64,000 nucleotides of DNA from Polyangiales bacterium (GCA_035466435.1 DATIUW010000300.1:911-64910), one strand, 5' to 3'; positions 9,639 through 22,095 are shown, numbered from the stretch's first letter. Notes: generated from the sequence alone by a model not told the origin. Numbers and translations: made by a program.

Positions 9639-11771
9639 ATGGGGGATGCGAAGCTGCCCGGCTCTGGGCCGATTTCCGCGGACACGCTGGCCGCGTACGC
9701 GCCGTTGAGCCCAGAGCAGCGGTGGCGTCTGATCAACGTGATCACCTCGCGCCACCTGGTCACCATGGTGGTCTGTGCGGGCATCGCGTATCTCGGCCTC
9801 GCTGCGGGCCAGTGGCGTCCCTCGCTTGATCAAGCGCACCTCGTTCGGATGACGATGTACGGGCTGACCGGCGTTGCGTTGCTGGCAGTGGGTTGGCGCG
9901 CGCACCATCAGCCGCCGCGGGTGATGTGGTCGGTGCACACCGCCGCGCTGATCTTCCTGCTAGTCACCGCGACGGTGACGGTGGGCTACGGGCTGAGCCG
10001 CGATCCTACGGATTTCCATCTGTTCGTGCTGGTTCAGCTGGCCGCAGCCGCGCTGGTCCATAGCCGGCGGTGGCTCCTCGCCATCATGGCGTTCGGGGAC
10101 CTCGGGTGGTTGGCGACGTCGCTTTTCGTCTCCGACGTCAACTGGGTCGAGAGCATCGGGCACTTGGCCGGCTTCTCCGTCGTGGCGTTGGGTATCAACT
10201 GGGCCAGAGGTAGAACCCTGACGCACATGGAAGAGCTTCGGCTGGCTGCAGAGCGCGTCTCGGCAGCCAAGACCGAGCTCATGGCGAATCTGAGTCACGA
10301 GGTGAGGACACCCATGAATGGAGTGCTCGGCTTGAGCGCGCTCCTCCTCGATACCGAGCTGGACGAGAAACAAAGGAAGATGGTCACGGCCATGCGGGAA
10401 TCAGCGGACGCGCTCGTGAGCGTGGTCGACGAAGTGCTCGCCTTCTCTCAGCTCCGCAAGGGCCTGGTGGAGCTCGAGCGAGCTTCCTTCGACGTCGGCG
10501 CTCTCATCGACGGCGTCGTGGTGCTGATGCAGCCGCGGGCCGATGCCAAAGGGCTGTCCCTGGAATCCAAAATCGAGGGCTTCGCAAGCCGGCGGTTCAT
10601 CGGCGATGCGGGCCGGGTTCGCCAGGTGCTGATCAACTTCGTCAGCAACGCCATCAAATTCACGGAGGCGGGCTCGGTGTGCATCGAGGCGCAGGTCATC
10701 CGACGCTCTGAGAAGGTTCGGGTCCGCTTCTCGGTGCAGGACACCGGCATCGGAATCGCCGAGCAGTCGATCGAGAAGCTCTTCAGCCGCTACCACCAAG
10801 ACGGAACGGGCACGCGCCGAGGCATCGAAGGGACGGGGTTGGGCCTCGCCATCACCAAGGAGCTGGTGGAGCTCTTGGGCGGCACCGTGGGCGTACGGAG
10901 TGAGGTCCGACGAGGGACCACCTTCTGGGCGGAAGTCGATCTCGAGCCTGGTCCCGAGGACACGTTGCGGGTCTCCGGGGCTGATCAGGCGGAAGACGCG
11001 TGGATACGCCACGGCATGCGCGTCCTGCTGGCTGAGGACAACCCGACGAGCCGCATGGTGACGGAAGCGCTACTGAAGAAGCTGTCTTGCCAAGTCACGG
11101 TCGCGACGGACGGGCGAGAGGCGTTCGAGAAGGTGAAGGCCGACGACTACGATGTCGTGTTGATGGACTGCCACATGCCCACGATGGACGGCTTCCAAGC
11201 GACCGAGCGAATTCGAACGTTGCGCCACGGCGCCTTGCTTCCGGTGATCGCGCTGACGGCGAGCGTGACCGAAAGCGACCGTAGCCGCTGCCTAGGTTCA
11301 GGAATGAACGACACCATCGCCAAGCCAGTGCGGCTGTCGGCGCTCGCCAAAGCCCTGGAGCGGTGGGTTCCAGCCGAAGGCCGAGGCTCGACACGACCGA
11401 TCTCGACACTTCCCCCACCCGCAGCCCTCGATCTCGACGTGGTGCGCCGTTTCGTATCCCTGGACGGCGAGGACGATGATTTCATTCGAGACGTGATGGG
11501 GAGCTACGTCCAGCAACTCCGCGAATCGGTCACCACCCTCGGCGCGGCGCTGAGAGAAAGAGACATGGCGAGCGTTCGCTTTGCCGCGCACTCGATCAAG
11601 GGAGCAAGCAAACAAATCGGCGCCAGCCGGGTCGGTGATCTCCTCGGCGCGATCGAGCGTGCAAGCGACACGGATGCGGCCAAGACGCTGCTCGAACAGG
11701 TCGAGGCAGAGACGCCTCGGGTCGAGGCGGCGATACAGTCGCTCCTGCGGAGGTCTCGCCGAGCGAGTTAG
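9639..11771 (+). CDS. Hybrid sensor histidine kinase / response regulator with C-terminal HPt domain
   Basis: The N-terminal region is multi-pass hydrophobic. It has an H-box (LSHEVRTPMNGVLG), G1/G2 boxes (DTGIGI, GTGLGL), a receiver (LLAEDNP..VLMDCHMPTMDG..AKP) and an HPt motif (AHSIKGASKQIG). The start is taken at MGDAKLPG (9639). Confidence 0.85.
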   Translation: MGDAKLPGSGPISADTLAAYAPLSPEQRWRLINVITSRHLVTMVVCAGIAYLGLAAGQWRPSLDQAHLVRMTMYGLTGVALLAVGWRAHHQPPRVMWSVHTAALIFLLVTATVTVGYGLSRDPTDFHLFVLVQLAAAALVHSRRWLLAIMAFGDLGWLATSLFVSDVNWVESIGHLAGFSVVALGINWARGRTLTHMEELRLAAERVSAAKTELMANLSHEVRTPMNGVLGLSALLLDTELDEKQRKMVTAMRESADALVSVVDEVLAFSQLRKGLVELERASFDVGALIDGVVVLMQPRADAKGLSLESKIEGFASRRFIGDAGRVRQVLINFVSNAIKFTEAGSVCIEAQVIRRSEKVRVRFSVQDTGIGIAEQSIEKLFSRYHQDGTGTRRGIEGTGLGLAITKELVELLGGTVGVRSEVRRGTTFWAEVDLEPGPEDTLRVSGADQAEDAWIRHGMRVLLAEDNPTSRMVTEALLKKLSCQVTVATDGREAFEKVKADDYDVVLMDCHMPTMDGFQATERIRTLRHGALLPVIALTASVTESDRSRCLGSGMNDTIAKPVRLSALAKALERWVPAEGRGSTRPISTLPPPAALDLDVVRRFVSLDGEDDDFIRDVMGSYVQQLRESVTTLGAALRERDMASVRFAAHSIKGASKQIGASRVGDLLGAIERASDTDAAKTLLEQVEAETPRVEAAIQSLLRRSRRAS

Positions 11772-11791
11772 ACCGAGTGCAAAAACTCGGT

Positions 11792-11792
<1 letters not shown>
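11771..11792. terminator. Hairpin filling the 20-nt gap between convergent kinase and gyrB genes (candidate bidirectional terminator)
   Basis: GACCGAGT-gcaaaa-ACTCGGTC forms an 8-bp perfect stem with a 6-nt loop. Each end of the stem shares a base with a stop codon (TAG 11769-11771, CTA 11792-11794). The loop reads UUUUGC on the minus-strand RNA, and there is no flanking U-tract. Confidence 0.45.
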
Positions 11793-14332
<2,540 letters not shown>

Positions 14333-14349
14333 TTACGGCTCCAAGCGGC

Positions 14350-15168
14350 TCAGCTCCCGAGCACTCTCCGGCGGGTGAGCCGAACGGCCAGCAGGGTGCA
14401 TGGAACGAGAAAAAGAGCGCTCGACGCGAGCAGCCCCACGAGGTGAATCCCCGGGTTTCCGACCACCAGGAGACCTCGGGCGCACTCCGCGAGCTGGTAG
14501 ACCGGGTTGATCTGCATGAGCGCCCAGAGCGCTTCGCTTTCCGGCTCGATGGGGAAGAAAGTGTTGCTCACCAAGCTCACCGGCCAACCGATCAAGAAAA
14601 CCGGATAGTTCATGTGATCGATGGCCGGGACGATCGCGGTGAAGATCAAAGCAAAAGATGCCACGGCAGCGCCGACCAGGAATCCGAACGAGGGCATGAG
14701 AATCAGCCAGCCCGCCCGCACCTCCACCACCCCGAGGACGTCGAAGAGCAAGATCACGACCGACACGATCGAGATGTTCACCATGCCGCGCAGGGCGGCC
14801 CATAGGATCTCCCCCCAGACTACGCTTGGGAGCTCGACCTGCGTGGCCAGAATGCCGTCCCAGGTCTTCTGATAGAACATCCGCACGTACGCCGAATACA
14901 GCGCTTCGTAGTAGGGCGTCCCGAATCCCGTGTAGGCGATCAGCCCGGCGGAAACGTAGGTCGCGTAGTCGACATGCGTTCCCCGGTAGCTCAACTCCTC
15001 CACGTAACCGCTGAAACCGATGCCGAACGCGACCAGGAAGATGACGGGCTCCATGGCGGGCGGGACCACGGCAGTCCGCCAATTACGAAGGAAAACGAGC
15101 GCATGCCTTCGAAGCACGGCCCAGGATCGCCAGTCGAAGACGGCTGCCAGAGTAGCCCAAGCGGTCAT
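14350..15168 (-). CDS. ABC-2 type transporter permease
   Basis: Six hydrophobic segments. The start is taken at MTAWATLAAVF (15168), which overlaps the ATPase stop by ATGA. The track ORF start at 15348 would overlap the upstream gene by 180 nt. Confidence 0.8.
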   Translation of the reverse strand: MTAWATLAAVFDWRSWAVLRRHALVFLRNWRTAVVPPAMEPVIFLVAFGIGFSGYVEELSYRGTHVDYATYVSAGLIAYTGFGTPYYEALYSAYVRMFYQKTWDGILATQVELPSVVWGEILWAALRGMVNISIVSVVILLFDVLGVVEVRAGWLILMPSFGFLVGAAVASFALIFTAIVPAIDHMNYPVFLIGWPVSLVSNTFFPIEPESEALWALMQINPVYQLAECARGLLVVGNPGIHLVGLLASSALFLVPCTLLAVRLTRRRVLGS

Positions 15169-16088
15169 GAAAACCTGCCATTCTGACGGGCCAACGCGAT
15201 GAAGAGGTCGTCCAAGTTGGGCGGCCGAACTTGCCAGGTCGCGTCTTTGAAGCGCGCGGTGAGCTCGATGAGGATCTCCTTGCTGACCGGGACGCGCAGC
15301 TCGCCGAGCACCGTAGCGACAGGCTGTGCGCCCTTGCTGCGAAGCCATGCCTCGATGTCCCCGCGAGCAGGCTCTCCGCGGGGAACGAGTACGACGTGAT
15401 CTCCGAGCGCGGTGTCGATCACCCGATGCGGCTCGCCGTGAACGATCGCTCTTCCCTGGTGGATGACCAGCAGCTCGTCGCTCAAACGCTCTGCTTCATC
15501 CATGTAGTGTGTGGTCAGGACGATGGCCAAGCCCTCGGCACGCATGCCGTCGATCAACTCCCAGACGTCCAGGCGAGCGCTCGGATCGAGCCCCGTCGTC
15601 GGCTCGTCGAGAAACAAGACGCTAGGCTGATGCACGATGGAACGAGCGATCAGCAGTCGGCGAACGAAGCCGCCCGACAAGACGTGAGGAGAAGCGTTCG
15701 CGTACGGAGTGAGCTCGAAACGGTCTAGAAGATCGGCGACACGGCGCCCGAGGTTCTCCACTCTAGGCCGAAAGTAGCTCGCGTAGATGAAGAGGTTCTG
15801 TGCCACCGTGAAGTCGTAGTCGAGCGAATCGTCCTGCGTGCACACGCCGATCGATCGCTTGGCTTCGCTGCGATGGTCCGAAAAGCTCTTTCCCGCATAA
15901 AAAATCGCACCGTCGTCGGGCGGAACGAAGCCGTACAACATTCGAAGGGTCGTGGTCTTGCCGGCCCCATTCGGGCCCAGGAGCCCGAGAACGGTGCCGC
16001 GGCGGCACGAAAGGTCCAGACGATCGACGACCGCCCGATCCCCGTATCTCTTGGTGAGCCCCCGTGCTTCGAGAATTGCCGCCGTCAT
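15165..16088 (-). CDS. ABC transporter ATP-binding protein (DrrA/NodI-like exporter ATPase)
   Basis: It has Walker A (GPNGAGKTT), the ABC signature (LSGGFVRRL) and Walker B (VLFLDEPTTGLD). It is coupled to the downstream ABC-2 permease. Confidence 0.9.
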   Translation of the reverse strand: MTAAILEARGLTKRYGDRAVVDRLDLSCRRGTVLGLLGPNGAGKTTTLRMLYGFVPPDDGAIFYAGKSFSDHRSEAKRSIGVCTQDDSLDYDFTVAQNLFIYASYFRPRVENLGRRVADLLDRFELTPYANASPHVLSGGFVRRLLIARSIVHQPSVLFLDEPTTGLDPSARLDVWELIDGMRAEGLAIVLTTHYMDEAERLSDELLVIHQGRAIVHGEPHRVIDTALGDHVVLVPRGEPARGDIEAWLRSKGAQPVATVLGELRVPVSKEILIELTARFKDATWQVRPPNLDDLFIALARQNGRFS

Positions 16089-16117
16089 GGCCGTTAGACC
16101 CCGGAAGGTGACGAAAC

Positions 16118-16576
16118 ATGGCGGAGGATCCTACAATGGCAACGCGATCGTGCGGGTGTAAACCAGAGAACCACGAGGCTAGACCAGTGAACAACGTCGG
16201 ACGCGTACTCGATAGCCGCTGGATGATGGCTCTGGCGGTATTGGCCGTGTTGGTCGCCATCGCCTGGGCGCTGCTCGAGCAAGCCCCACAGGCTTCCGAA
16301 ATCGAGGCATCGAGGACCGGCGAGCCGCTCGCCACGGTCGAGCTCCTCGGCGTCCCCAAAGACGCCGAGGTGTCGTTGGACGGTCATCGCATCGAAAACA
16401 CGGTGTTTGGGGTCTCGCCTGGAACCCGGCATGCCATCGAAGTCGAAGACGGCAAAGGCCGCAGTTGGCGCCAGGTGCTCACCGTGAGTGGATCGGTGAC
16501 CTTGGTCGTCGAGCTTCGGACGCATTTCGTCGAAGTGGAAGTGCCGCCTAAGGCCGAGGGCGAGGCGAACGAGTGA
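16118..16576 (+). CDS. Membrane-anchored hypothetical protein with PEGA-like beta-sandwich
   Basis: It has one TM segment (MMALAVLAVLVAIAWALL) followed by VELLGVPKDAEVSLDGHRI..VSPGTRHAIEVE, a PEGA-like pattern. An AAGGTG sequence lies about 9 nt upstream of the ATG. The exact start is uncertain. Confidence 0.5.
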   Translation: MAEDPTMATRSCGCKPENHEARPVNNVGRVLDSRWMMALAVLAVLVAIAWALLEQAPQASEIEASRTGEPLATVELLGVPKDAEVSLDGHRIENTVFGVSPGTRHAIEVEDGKGRSWRQVLTVSGSVTLVVELRTHFVEVEVPPKAEGEANE

Positions 16577-17147
16577 CCTCGTAACCGCGGAGGCGCGCGG
16601 ATACGGTCACGAATCGATCGCTCACCGCCGACCGCATCGTCGATTCGACGAATACGGGACCCACGCCCGCGCAATACACGGTGCGCACCTCGAGCTCGAG
16701 CTTGCCTCCGGTTTCCGACACCTCGACACAATCGTCGAAGCTACCGGCGGCAGCTCGGGCGTGCGTGTGCATCGACGTCAAGCGAGCGGTGCGCCCTCCT
16801 CTTGCACGCCAAGTCTCACCCTCGCGTAGCGGACCGCGGATGAGCCAAACGTCTTCAGACGGAACTCGAATGCCCTCGGGCAACACCTCGTACCGAATGA
16901 CGGTGCGGCCGTTGCGAACCAATGCGATGCGCCCATCGAAAGAATCGACTCGCGTGACGGCGAGCGTCGTCGTCCCGTCTCCTACATCGACGTCGTACGA
17001 CCAGGCGTTGCCTTCGCTGAGCGGATACAAATCCAGCGGATCGATCGCTCCCTCTTGCTGCGGGACCGCGTTTTGGGCTGCGCAGGCGGTTGCTAGACAG
17101 AACACAATCGCCCCAAAACGTCTCTCGATTCCCAGCGCGCGGGTCAT
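16548..17147 (-). CDS. Hypothetical lipoprotein
   Basis: 199-aa ORF with a signal peptide and lipobox (FCLATAC). I recognise no other motif. Its 3' end overlaps the convergent PEGA-like ORF by 29 nt. Confidence 0.55.
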   Translation of the reverse strand: MTRALGIERRFGAIVFCLATACAAQNAVPQQEGAIDPLDLYPLSEGNAWSYDVDVGDGTTTLAVTRVDSFDGRIALVRNGRTVIRYEVLPEGIRVPSEDVWLIRGPLREGETWRARGGRTARLTSMHTHARAAAGSFDDCVEVSETGGKLELEVRTVYCAGVGPVFVESTMRSAVSDRFVTVSARLRGYEVTRSPRPRP

Positions 17148-17217
17148 GCGAGGTGATCCTAGCAGCTCTCATGTAGGCAGCTCGCGCATATTCGCGATGG
17201 GTGCACATCCTGTTACG

Positions 17218-17616
17218 ATGCGAGAGGTGAAATCGAAAAAGACGATCCTCGTCCTCGATGACGATCCGTCCGTTCGACACATGCTTCAGGTTCTTCTCGA
17301 GCAGCAGGGTCACGTGGCGGTCGCCGTGGGAGACGTTCGGTCGGCGTTGGCGCAATGCAAGGTCGAGCTTCCCGACTTGATGATCGTGGATCTGATGCTT
17401 CCGATAGAAGACGGCGAGATGTTCCTGCGGGAGTTTCGTCGTCGATGGCGACATGTGGAAGTCCCGGTGATCGTACTGAGCGCGAGCACCGCGCGGAGCG
17501 ACATCGCACGCCGCCTCGGTGCGCAAGCCACGCTCGCCAAGCCGTTTTTCGCCGAAGATTTACGCGAGCTCGTGGCGCTGCACGTCGGAGCGAGCGGAAG
17601 TGCGGCCGCGGGCTGA
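17218..17616 (+). CDS. Single-domain response regulator (CheY-like receiver)
   Basis: MREVKSKKTILVLDDDPS..DLMIVDLMLP..VIVLSAS..LAKPF contains all the canonical receiver residues. The track ORF (16681) extends far upstream across the convergent gene, so I chose the internal ATG at 17218. Confidence 0.85.
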   Translation: MREVKSKKTILVLDDDPSVRHMLQVLLEQQGHVAVAVGDVRSALAQCKVELPDLMIVDLMLPIEDGEMFLREFRRRWRHVEVPVIVLSASTARSDIARRLGAQATLAKPFFAEDLRELVALHVGASGSAAAG

Positions 17617-17646
17617 CTCCAATCGTCCCGTCGCGCATCCCGTGGT

Positions 17647-18489
17647 ATGAGCGGCGGCATGGATCAACTGTATGCGGATGGACTGTTCTCGAACGAAGTG
17701 GCGCTGATCACGGGCGGTGGCACGGGGATTGGCTTGGCAGCCGCAACGGAGATGGGTCTGCTGGGTGCGAAAGTGGCGATTTGCGGACGCCGTCCGGAGC
17801 CGTTGCGCCAAGCCGTCGCCGCCCTGGAATCGCAAGGCATCGAGGCTTATGGAGCTCCCTGCGACATTCGGGAAGCGGACGCGATTTCGGAGTACGTGGA
17901 TTCGGTGCTCGATCGGTTCGAGCGCATCGACATCCTGGTCAACAATGCCGGCGGCCAGTTCCCCACGAGGGCCGAGTCTCTTTCACCCAAAGGCTTCGCA
18001 GCCGTGATTCGCAACAATCTGATCGGCACCTGGACCATGACCCATGCGGTCGCGAACAAGGCGATGATTCCGCAAAAGCGCGGCCGCATCGTCAACATCA
18101 TCGCGCAAATCATCCGCGGTTTTCCGGGCATGGTGCACACGGGAGCAGCGAGAGCCGGCGTCGACAACATGACGAAGACCCTCGCAGTCGAATGGGCGAT
18201 GCACGGCATACGGGTGAACGCCGTGGCGCCGGGCGTCATCGTGACGAGCGGCACCAAACAGTATCCCCCGGAGCTTCTGGACACGGCGGAGAAAGCCAAC
18301 CCTTTGCACCGCCTAGGCACGGCCGAGGAAGTTTCTCACCTGATCACGTACTTGGCCTCGCGATACGCGGACTTCGTCACGGGGCAGACCTTTTACATCG
18401 ATGGCGGCGCGAGCATCTGGGGTGACCAGTGGCTCGTTCCAGAGGACGTTCCGAAGTATCCGCCCTACCCGGTCCCGAATCGTGGCTAG
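17647..18489 (+). CDS. Short-chain dehydrogenase/reductase (enoyl/dienoyl-CoA reductase-like SDR)
   Basis: It has a Rossmann motif (ITGGGTGIGLA), NNAGG, and an SDR core ending ..GQTFYIDGG. Confidence 0.85.
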   Translation: MSGGMDQLYADGLFSNEVALITGGGTGIGLAAATEMGLLGAKVAICGRRPEPLRQAVAALESQGIEAYGAPCDIREADAISEYVDSVLDRFERIDILVNNAGGQFPTRAESLSPKGFAAVIRNNLIGTWTMTHAVANKAMIPQKRGRIVNIIAQIIRGFPGMVHTGAARAGVDNMTKTLAVEWAMHGIRVNAVAPGVIVTSGTKQYPPELLDTAEKANPLHRLGTAEEVSHLITYLASRYADFVTGQTFYIDGGASIWGDQWLVPEDVPKYPPYPVPNRG

Positions 18490-19292
18490 GTGTCTGTCTC
18501 GGGCTTCTTCTGAAAGACGCTGATCAAATACGCCGCGCCCACGCCGACGTAGTAGAGCACCACCAGCGGCACCAGCATCATCATCATGCTGTACACGTCT
18601 TGTGGCGTGAGGATCATCGCCAAAAACGACGCGCAGACGATCCACCAGCGTGAAAACTTGAGGAGCTGGCGCCAGGTGACGATTCCGGTCCCCGCCAAAA
18701 ACACCACGATGACGGGCACCTCGAAGACGACTCCGAAGGCGATCAGCATCCTCCGGAAGAAGGGCATGTAGTCTTTGACGAACAACGTGGCCACCAGCGT
18801 TTCATCGCTGAAGCCGAGCAAGACGGTAAACGCTTCCGGGAAGACCAACTTGTATCCGAAGATCGCGCCACCGGCGAAGCATATGGTCGACGCGATGATG
18901 AACGGAATCGCGAGCGCCTTCTCTTTTTTGTAGAGCCCGGGTGCGATGAACATCCAGAGCTGCCAGAAGATCCATGGCGACGCGAGGAGCACACCCGCGA
19001 TGACGGAGTTCTTCATGTACATCATGAAGGCGTCCGCCGGACCGGCGAAGCGCAAGACGGCCTCGCCGGGCAGATTGAGCTTCTCCCAGGCCGGTTCGAG
19101 CGGCGCAACCAAGAAGTCTTTGATCTCTTTCTTGAACACCCAGGCGATCGCAATCGCCGGAATCAATCCGAGAATGGAGCGCAGCAGGCGCGTGCGCAGC
19201 TCGGTGAGGTGCTCGAAGAACGTCATCTCTCGATCTTCTTCGGGAACCCGCGAGGGCTCGGGGGCCTGAACCTCGATCTGGTCAGCCGTCAT
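18486..19292 (-). CDS. tatC: Twin-arginine translocase subunit TatC
   Basis: 268-aa six-TM protein with the TatC N-terminal pattern (MTFFEHLTELRTRLL). It overlaps the tatB stop by ATGA. Confidence 0.9.
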   Translation of the reverse strand: MTADQIEVQAPEPSRVPEEDREMTFFEHLTELRTRLLRSILGLIPAIAIAWVFKKEIKDFLVAPLEPAWEKLNLPGEAVLRFAGPADAFMMYMKNSVIAGVLLASPWIFWQLWMFIAPGLYKKEKALAIPFIIASTICFAGGAIFGYKLVFPEAFTVLLGFSDETLVATLFVKDYMPFFRRMLIAFGVVFEVPVIVVFLAGTGIVTWRQLLKFSRWWIVCASFLAMILTPQDVYSMMMMLVPLVVLYYVGVGAAYLISVFQKKPETDT

Positions 19293-19675
19293 GACTGTTT
19301 GACCTCTGCCGCCGCATCGGCTTCGGTGCCGGGCTCGGGCTCACCGCCATCCGAGGCGGGCGGGGCCGCATCGGCCGGCTCGGTCGACTCCGGGCTCGAC
19401 GCGTTCACGCGCTCCAGGGCCGCAGCAACCGCCGTCTGGTCTTCGAGTGGCACCGGCTTTGCCCGAGGGGGTCGAATCGGTGGCGTCCGAAAAGGATCGC
19501 CTTCGCGCAGGAGCTCGTCGAGCCCGATCGCGTCCTTGAACTCCCGGCTGGCATTGCGCACCTGGCGCATCGCCTTGCCGACCGTACGCATGAAAGTCGG
19601 CAGCTTGTCGGGACCCACCACCAACAGGACGATCACCAGAAAGACAGCCAGCTCCAGTGGACCAATGCCAAACAT
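19289..19675 (-). CDS. tatB: Twin-arginine translocase TatA/B family protein (TatB-like)
   Basis: MFGIGPLELAVFLVIVLLVVGPDKLP is followed by an amphipathic helix and an acidic/Pro-rich tail. The MF.IG..EL and GP..LP motifs resemble TatB more than TatA. Confidence 0.8.
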   Translation of the reverse strand: MFGIGPLELAVFLVIVLLVVGPDKLPTFMRTVGKAMRQVRNASREFKDAIGLDELLREGDPFRTPPIRPPRAKPVPLEDQTAVAAALERVNASSPESTEPADAAPPASDGGEPEPGTEADAAAEVKQS

Positions 19676-19759
19676 GCGCCCCTAACATGAATCGTTGCAC
19701 CCCAACCAGGCAACCAGCGGCAGTTTCCGCCGCGGAGGGGCCGCCCGCCAGGCGGCGCT

Positions 19760-21340
19760 TCACCCCTTGTGGCGCAGCCCCCGGAGCAGCTCGGCTGCGC
19801 GATTCATTGCGCGAACCTTCCGCTCGTATTCGCGCGTCAGCTCTTGAATGCGGTTGGCCGCGGCGAGCGTCTGCTCGGAGCCCTCGGCATGCTTTCGGTG
19901 CGATTGCTGAAGCTGGTGAACCATGTCCGAGATGTTGCCGATGGCATCCGTCATTTGGCGTCCGCCGATCGCCTGCTCCTCGCTGCTCCGCTCCATCTGC
20001 TGCGTGATCAAGCGCATGTTGTCCGCGCTCTTCATGATCAGCTCCGAGCCGCGTGCCTGCTCGGCCGTAGCCGCGGCGATCTGCTGAACCGTCTCCGCGA
20101 TGCGACCGATGGCGTCCGTGACCTGCTTCGAGCCCTGTGCTTGCTCGACGGTGGCCCGGGCAATGCCCCGAACCATGGCGGTCGACTGCCGCGAAGACTC
20201 CAGAATCTTCTTGAGCGCCCGTTCGGCCTCGGCGCTCACGGTCACGCCGCGGTCGACGGTGCTCGCCCCCCGCTCCACGGCTTCGATGGCGTTTTTCGTC
20301 TCTTGTTGGATCGTCTTGATCAGCTCTGCGATCTCCTTGGTCGAGGACCCGGCACGCTCGGCCAAGTCCTTGATCTCGTCTGCCACGACTGCGAAGCCTT
20401 TGCCGTGCTCACCCGCCTGGGCCGCAATGATGGCCGCGTTCAGTGCGAGCAGGTTGGTCTGCTCCGCGACGTCGTCGATGACGTTCAAAATGTCGCCGAT
20501 GGCTTCGATCCGGTCTCCGAGGCTGGAGATCGTGCTCACCGCCTCCAACGACGAGGACTTGATGCGGTTGATCTCGCCGATGATCTTCTGAATCGACTCT
20601 GCGCCCGTTTCGGCGTCTAAAGCAACCTCCGCAGAGAGACGCGCCGTCTCGTTCGCATTCGATTGTACTTGGTCGATCGAGACGTCCATCTCGTTCATCG
20701 ACGACGAAGTCTCCTCGGCGGTTTGCGCCAACGCATCGACGTTGCGCGCCACCTCTTTGATGCTGTAGGTCATCTCCTCGATCGAGGACGCCGTCTCACG
20801 GACGCTCGACCCGAGATTGCCCATGTTCTCGGCCACTTCTTGGTTCGTGGCGGTCATTTGAAGGATGCTCGACGAGCTTTCCTCGGTGCTCGACGAGAGA
20901 TTCTCGACGCGATCACTGATCGCCTGAAGCGAGATCGCCATCGATTTCAGCGCTCGGGCGGTCTCCTCGACCGCGACCATCTGCTCAGCGAGACCGCTCG
21001 ACAGCGCCCTGGCATTGTCGGTGATCACGCTCTCCGCCTCCTCGATCTGGGCGTGGATCGTGCGAATCTGAGCGTCCACCTCTTCCACCTCGATCGATGG
21101 AGGCAGGCCCGAGGCGATGATCAGCAGCCCCAGAACGCCCAGCACCGAAGCGACGACGCCAGCGATGGAGGCCGCTTGCTCACCCACCAGGATGCCCGAG
21201 CTCACTCCGACTGGGCCCACGACGAACGCGAGCGCAAAGCACAAGAAGCCAGGAACGAGATAGCGACTCTTGGCGATTGCCCGAAACATGACCCCCCGTG
21301 GACACCTGCCAGGGTATCGAACCCTGGGAGTCACGGGCAA
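19760..21340 (-). CDS. Methyl-accepting chemotaxis protein, membrane hairpin without periplasmic sensor domain
   Basis: It has the highly conserved signalling tip ([36 protein letters not shown]). Two TM helices are separated by about 12 residues. Long Ser/Glu/Ala-rich coiled-coil arms follow. The likely true start is MFRAIAKS (21289). Confidence 0.85.
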   Translation of the reverse strand: MPVTPRVRYPGRCPRGVMFRAIAKSRYLVPGFLCFALAFVVGPVGVSSGILVGEQAASIAGVVASVLGVLGLLIIASGLPPSIEVEEVDAQIRTIHAQIEEAESVITDNARALSSGLAEQMVAVEETARALKSMAISLQAISDRVENLSSSTEESSSSILQMTATNQEVAENMGNLGSSVRETASSIEEMTYSIKEVARNVDALAQTAEETSSSMNEMDVSIDQVQSNANETARLSAEVALDAETGAESIQKIIGEINRIKSSSLEAVSTISSLGDRIEAIGDILNVIDDVAEQTNLLALNAAIIAAQAGEHGKGFAVVADEIKDLAERAGSSTKEIAELIKTIQQETKNAIEAVERGASTVDRGVTVSAEAERALKKILESSRQSTAMVRGIARATVEQAQGSKQVTDAIGRIAETVQQIAAATAEQARGSELIMKSADNMRLITQQMERSSEEQAIGGRQMTDAIGNISDMVHQLQQSHRKHAEGSEQTLAAANRIQELTREYERKVRAMNRAAELLRGLRHKG

Positions 21341-21383
21341 GTTACCCCCTGACTTCCGCGGCGTCGTGCAGGGGATCGTCCGT

Positions 21384-22088
21384 TCAGAGGGGATTGGTCA
21401 GGAGCTGCATGGCGATCTGCAGTGCGAGCGAATAGTCGCCCTCCATCTTGAGCTTTCCTCCCAAGAAGAGGTCCTGGACCGTGAGCTCACCGCGCTGGAC
21501 ACTCTCCAGATCCGGAAAACGGAGCTCGGTGGTGAAACCGGGCTCGGCAGGCAGGGTTGAAACGTTGAATCCGACTCGAACGTCGATGTTCCCGAGGCTC
21601 GGAACGTCGGCGATGGTGATGTGGCAGGTCATCGGCCTCCCAGCAAGCGCGTCCTCGAAGCGTTTCGACGCGGTTTGCGCCGCACCCACGGCCACTTCCT
21701 CGTCCTCGAGCGCGCCGGCCTTGGCAACTTCGCCGAGAAGCAACTGAAGGGCGTCGCCGGGGAGCGCGGCCATGATTCGGATCGGCACCTGGTCCGCCGG
21801 GGCATCGCCTGCGCTGAGCGAGCCCTGCTGAGCGGACAAGATCACCGGGGGCTCGTCGTCGATCTGGAGGCTGGCCGCACCCGTGACGCCCTTCACGTCA
21901 TCCAGGATGCGCTGGGCACGCGCATCGCCCGCCGCAGCCCGGTTTTCTAGGACTTCCATCCCCCGCGCAAAGAGCTTCGGAAAGCTGTCGCGGAGGAACT
22001 CGATTGGTAGAACAGTCATGCGGCGCGCAGCATAGCTAACGAGTCGGTCTGCACCAAGCTGGCGAAATCCGTCAGAATCGGCCACCAT
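21384..22088 (-). CDS. SCP2 sterol-carrier-like domain protein
   Basis: The C-terminus ([29 protein letters not shown]) matches the SCP2 fold signature. An alternative start at MTVLPIEFL (22019) would give a more realistic 76-bp divergent promoter region. Confidence 0.6.
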   Translation of the reverse strand: MVADSDGFRQLGADRLVSYAARRMTVLPIEFLRDSFPKLFARGMEVLENRAAAGDARAQRILDDVKGVTGAASLQIDDEPPVILSAQQGSLSAGDAPADQVPIRIMAALPGDALQLLLGEVAKAGALEDEEVAVGAAQTASKRFEDALAGRPMTCHITIADVPSLGNIDVRVGFNVSTLPAEPGFTTELRFPDLESVQRGELTVQDLFLGGKLKMEGDYSLALQIAMQLLTNPL

Positions 22089-22095
22089 TTAGGCG

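Noticed and set aside
19740-19756. GC-rich hairpin GCCGCC-cgcca-GGCGGC just after the MCP stop, as a terminator
   Set aside because: The stem is only 6 bp and there is no U-tract. It lies 84 bp upstream of tatB, which may be co-transcribed. That is too weak to list as a feature.
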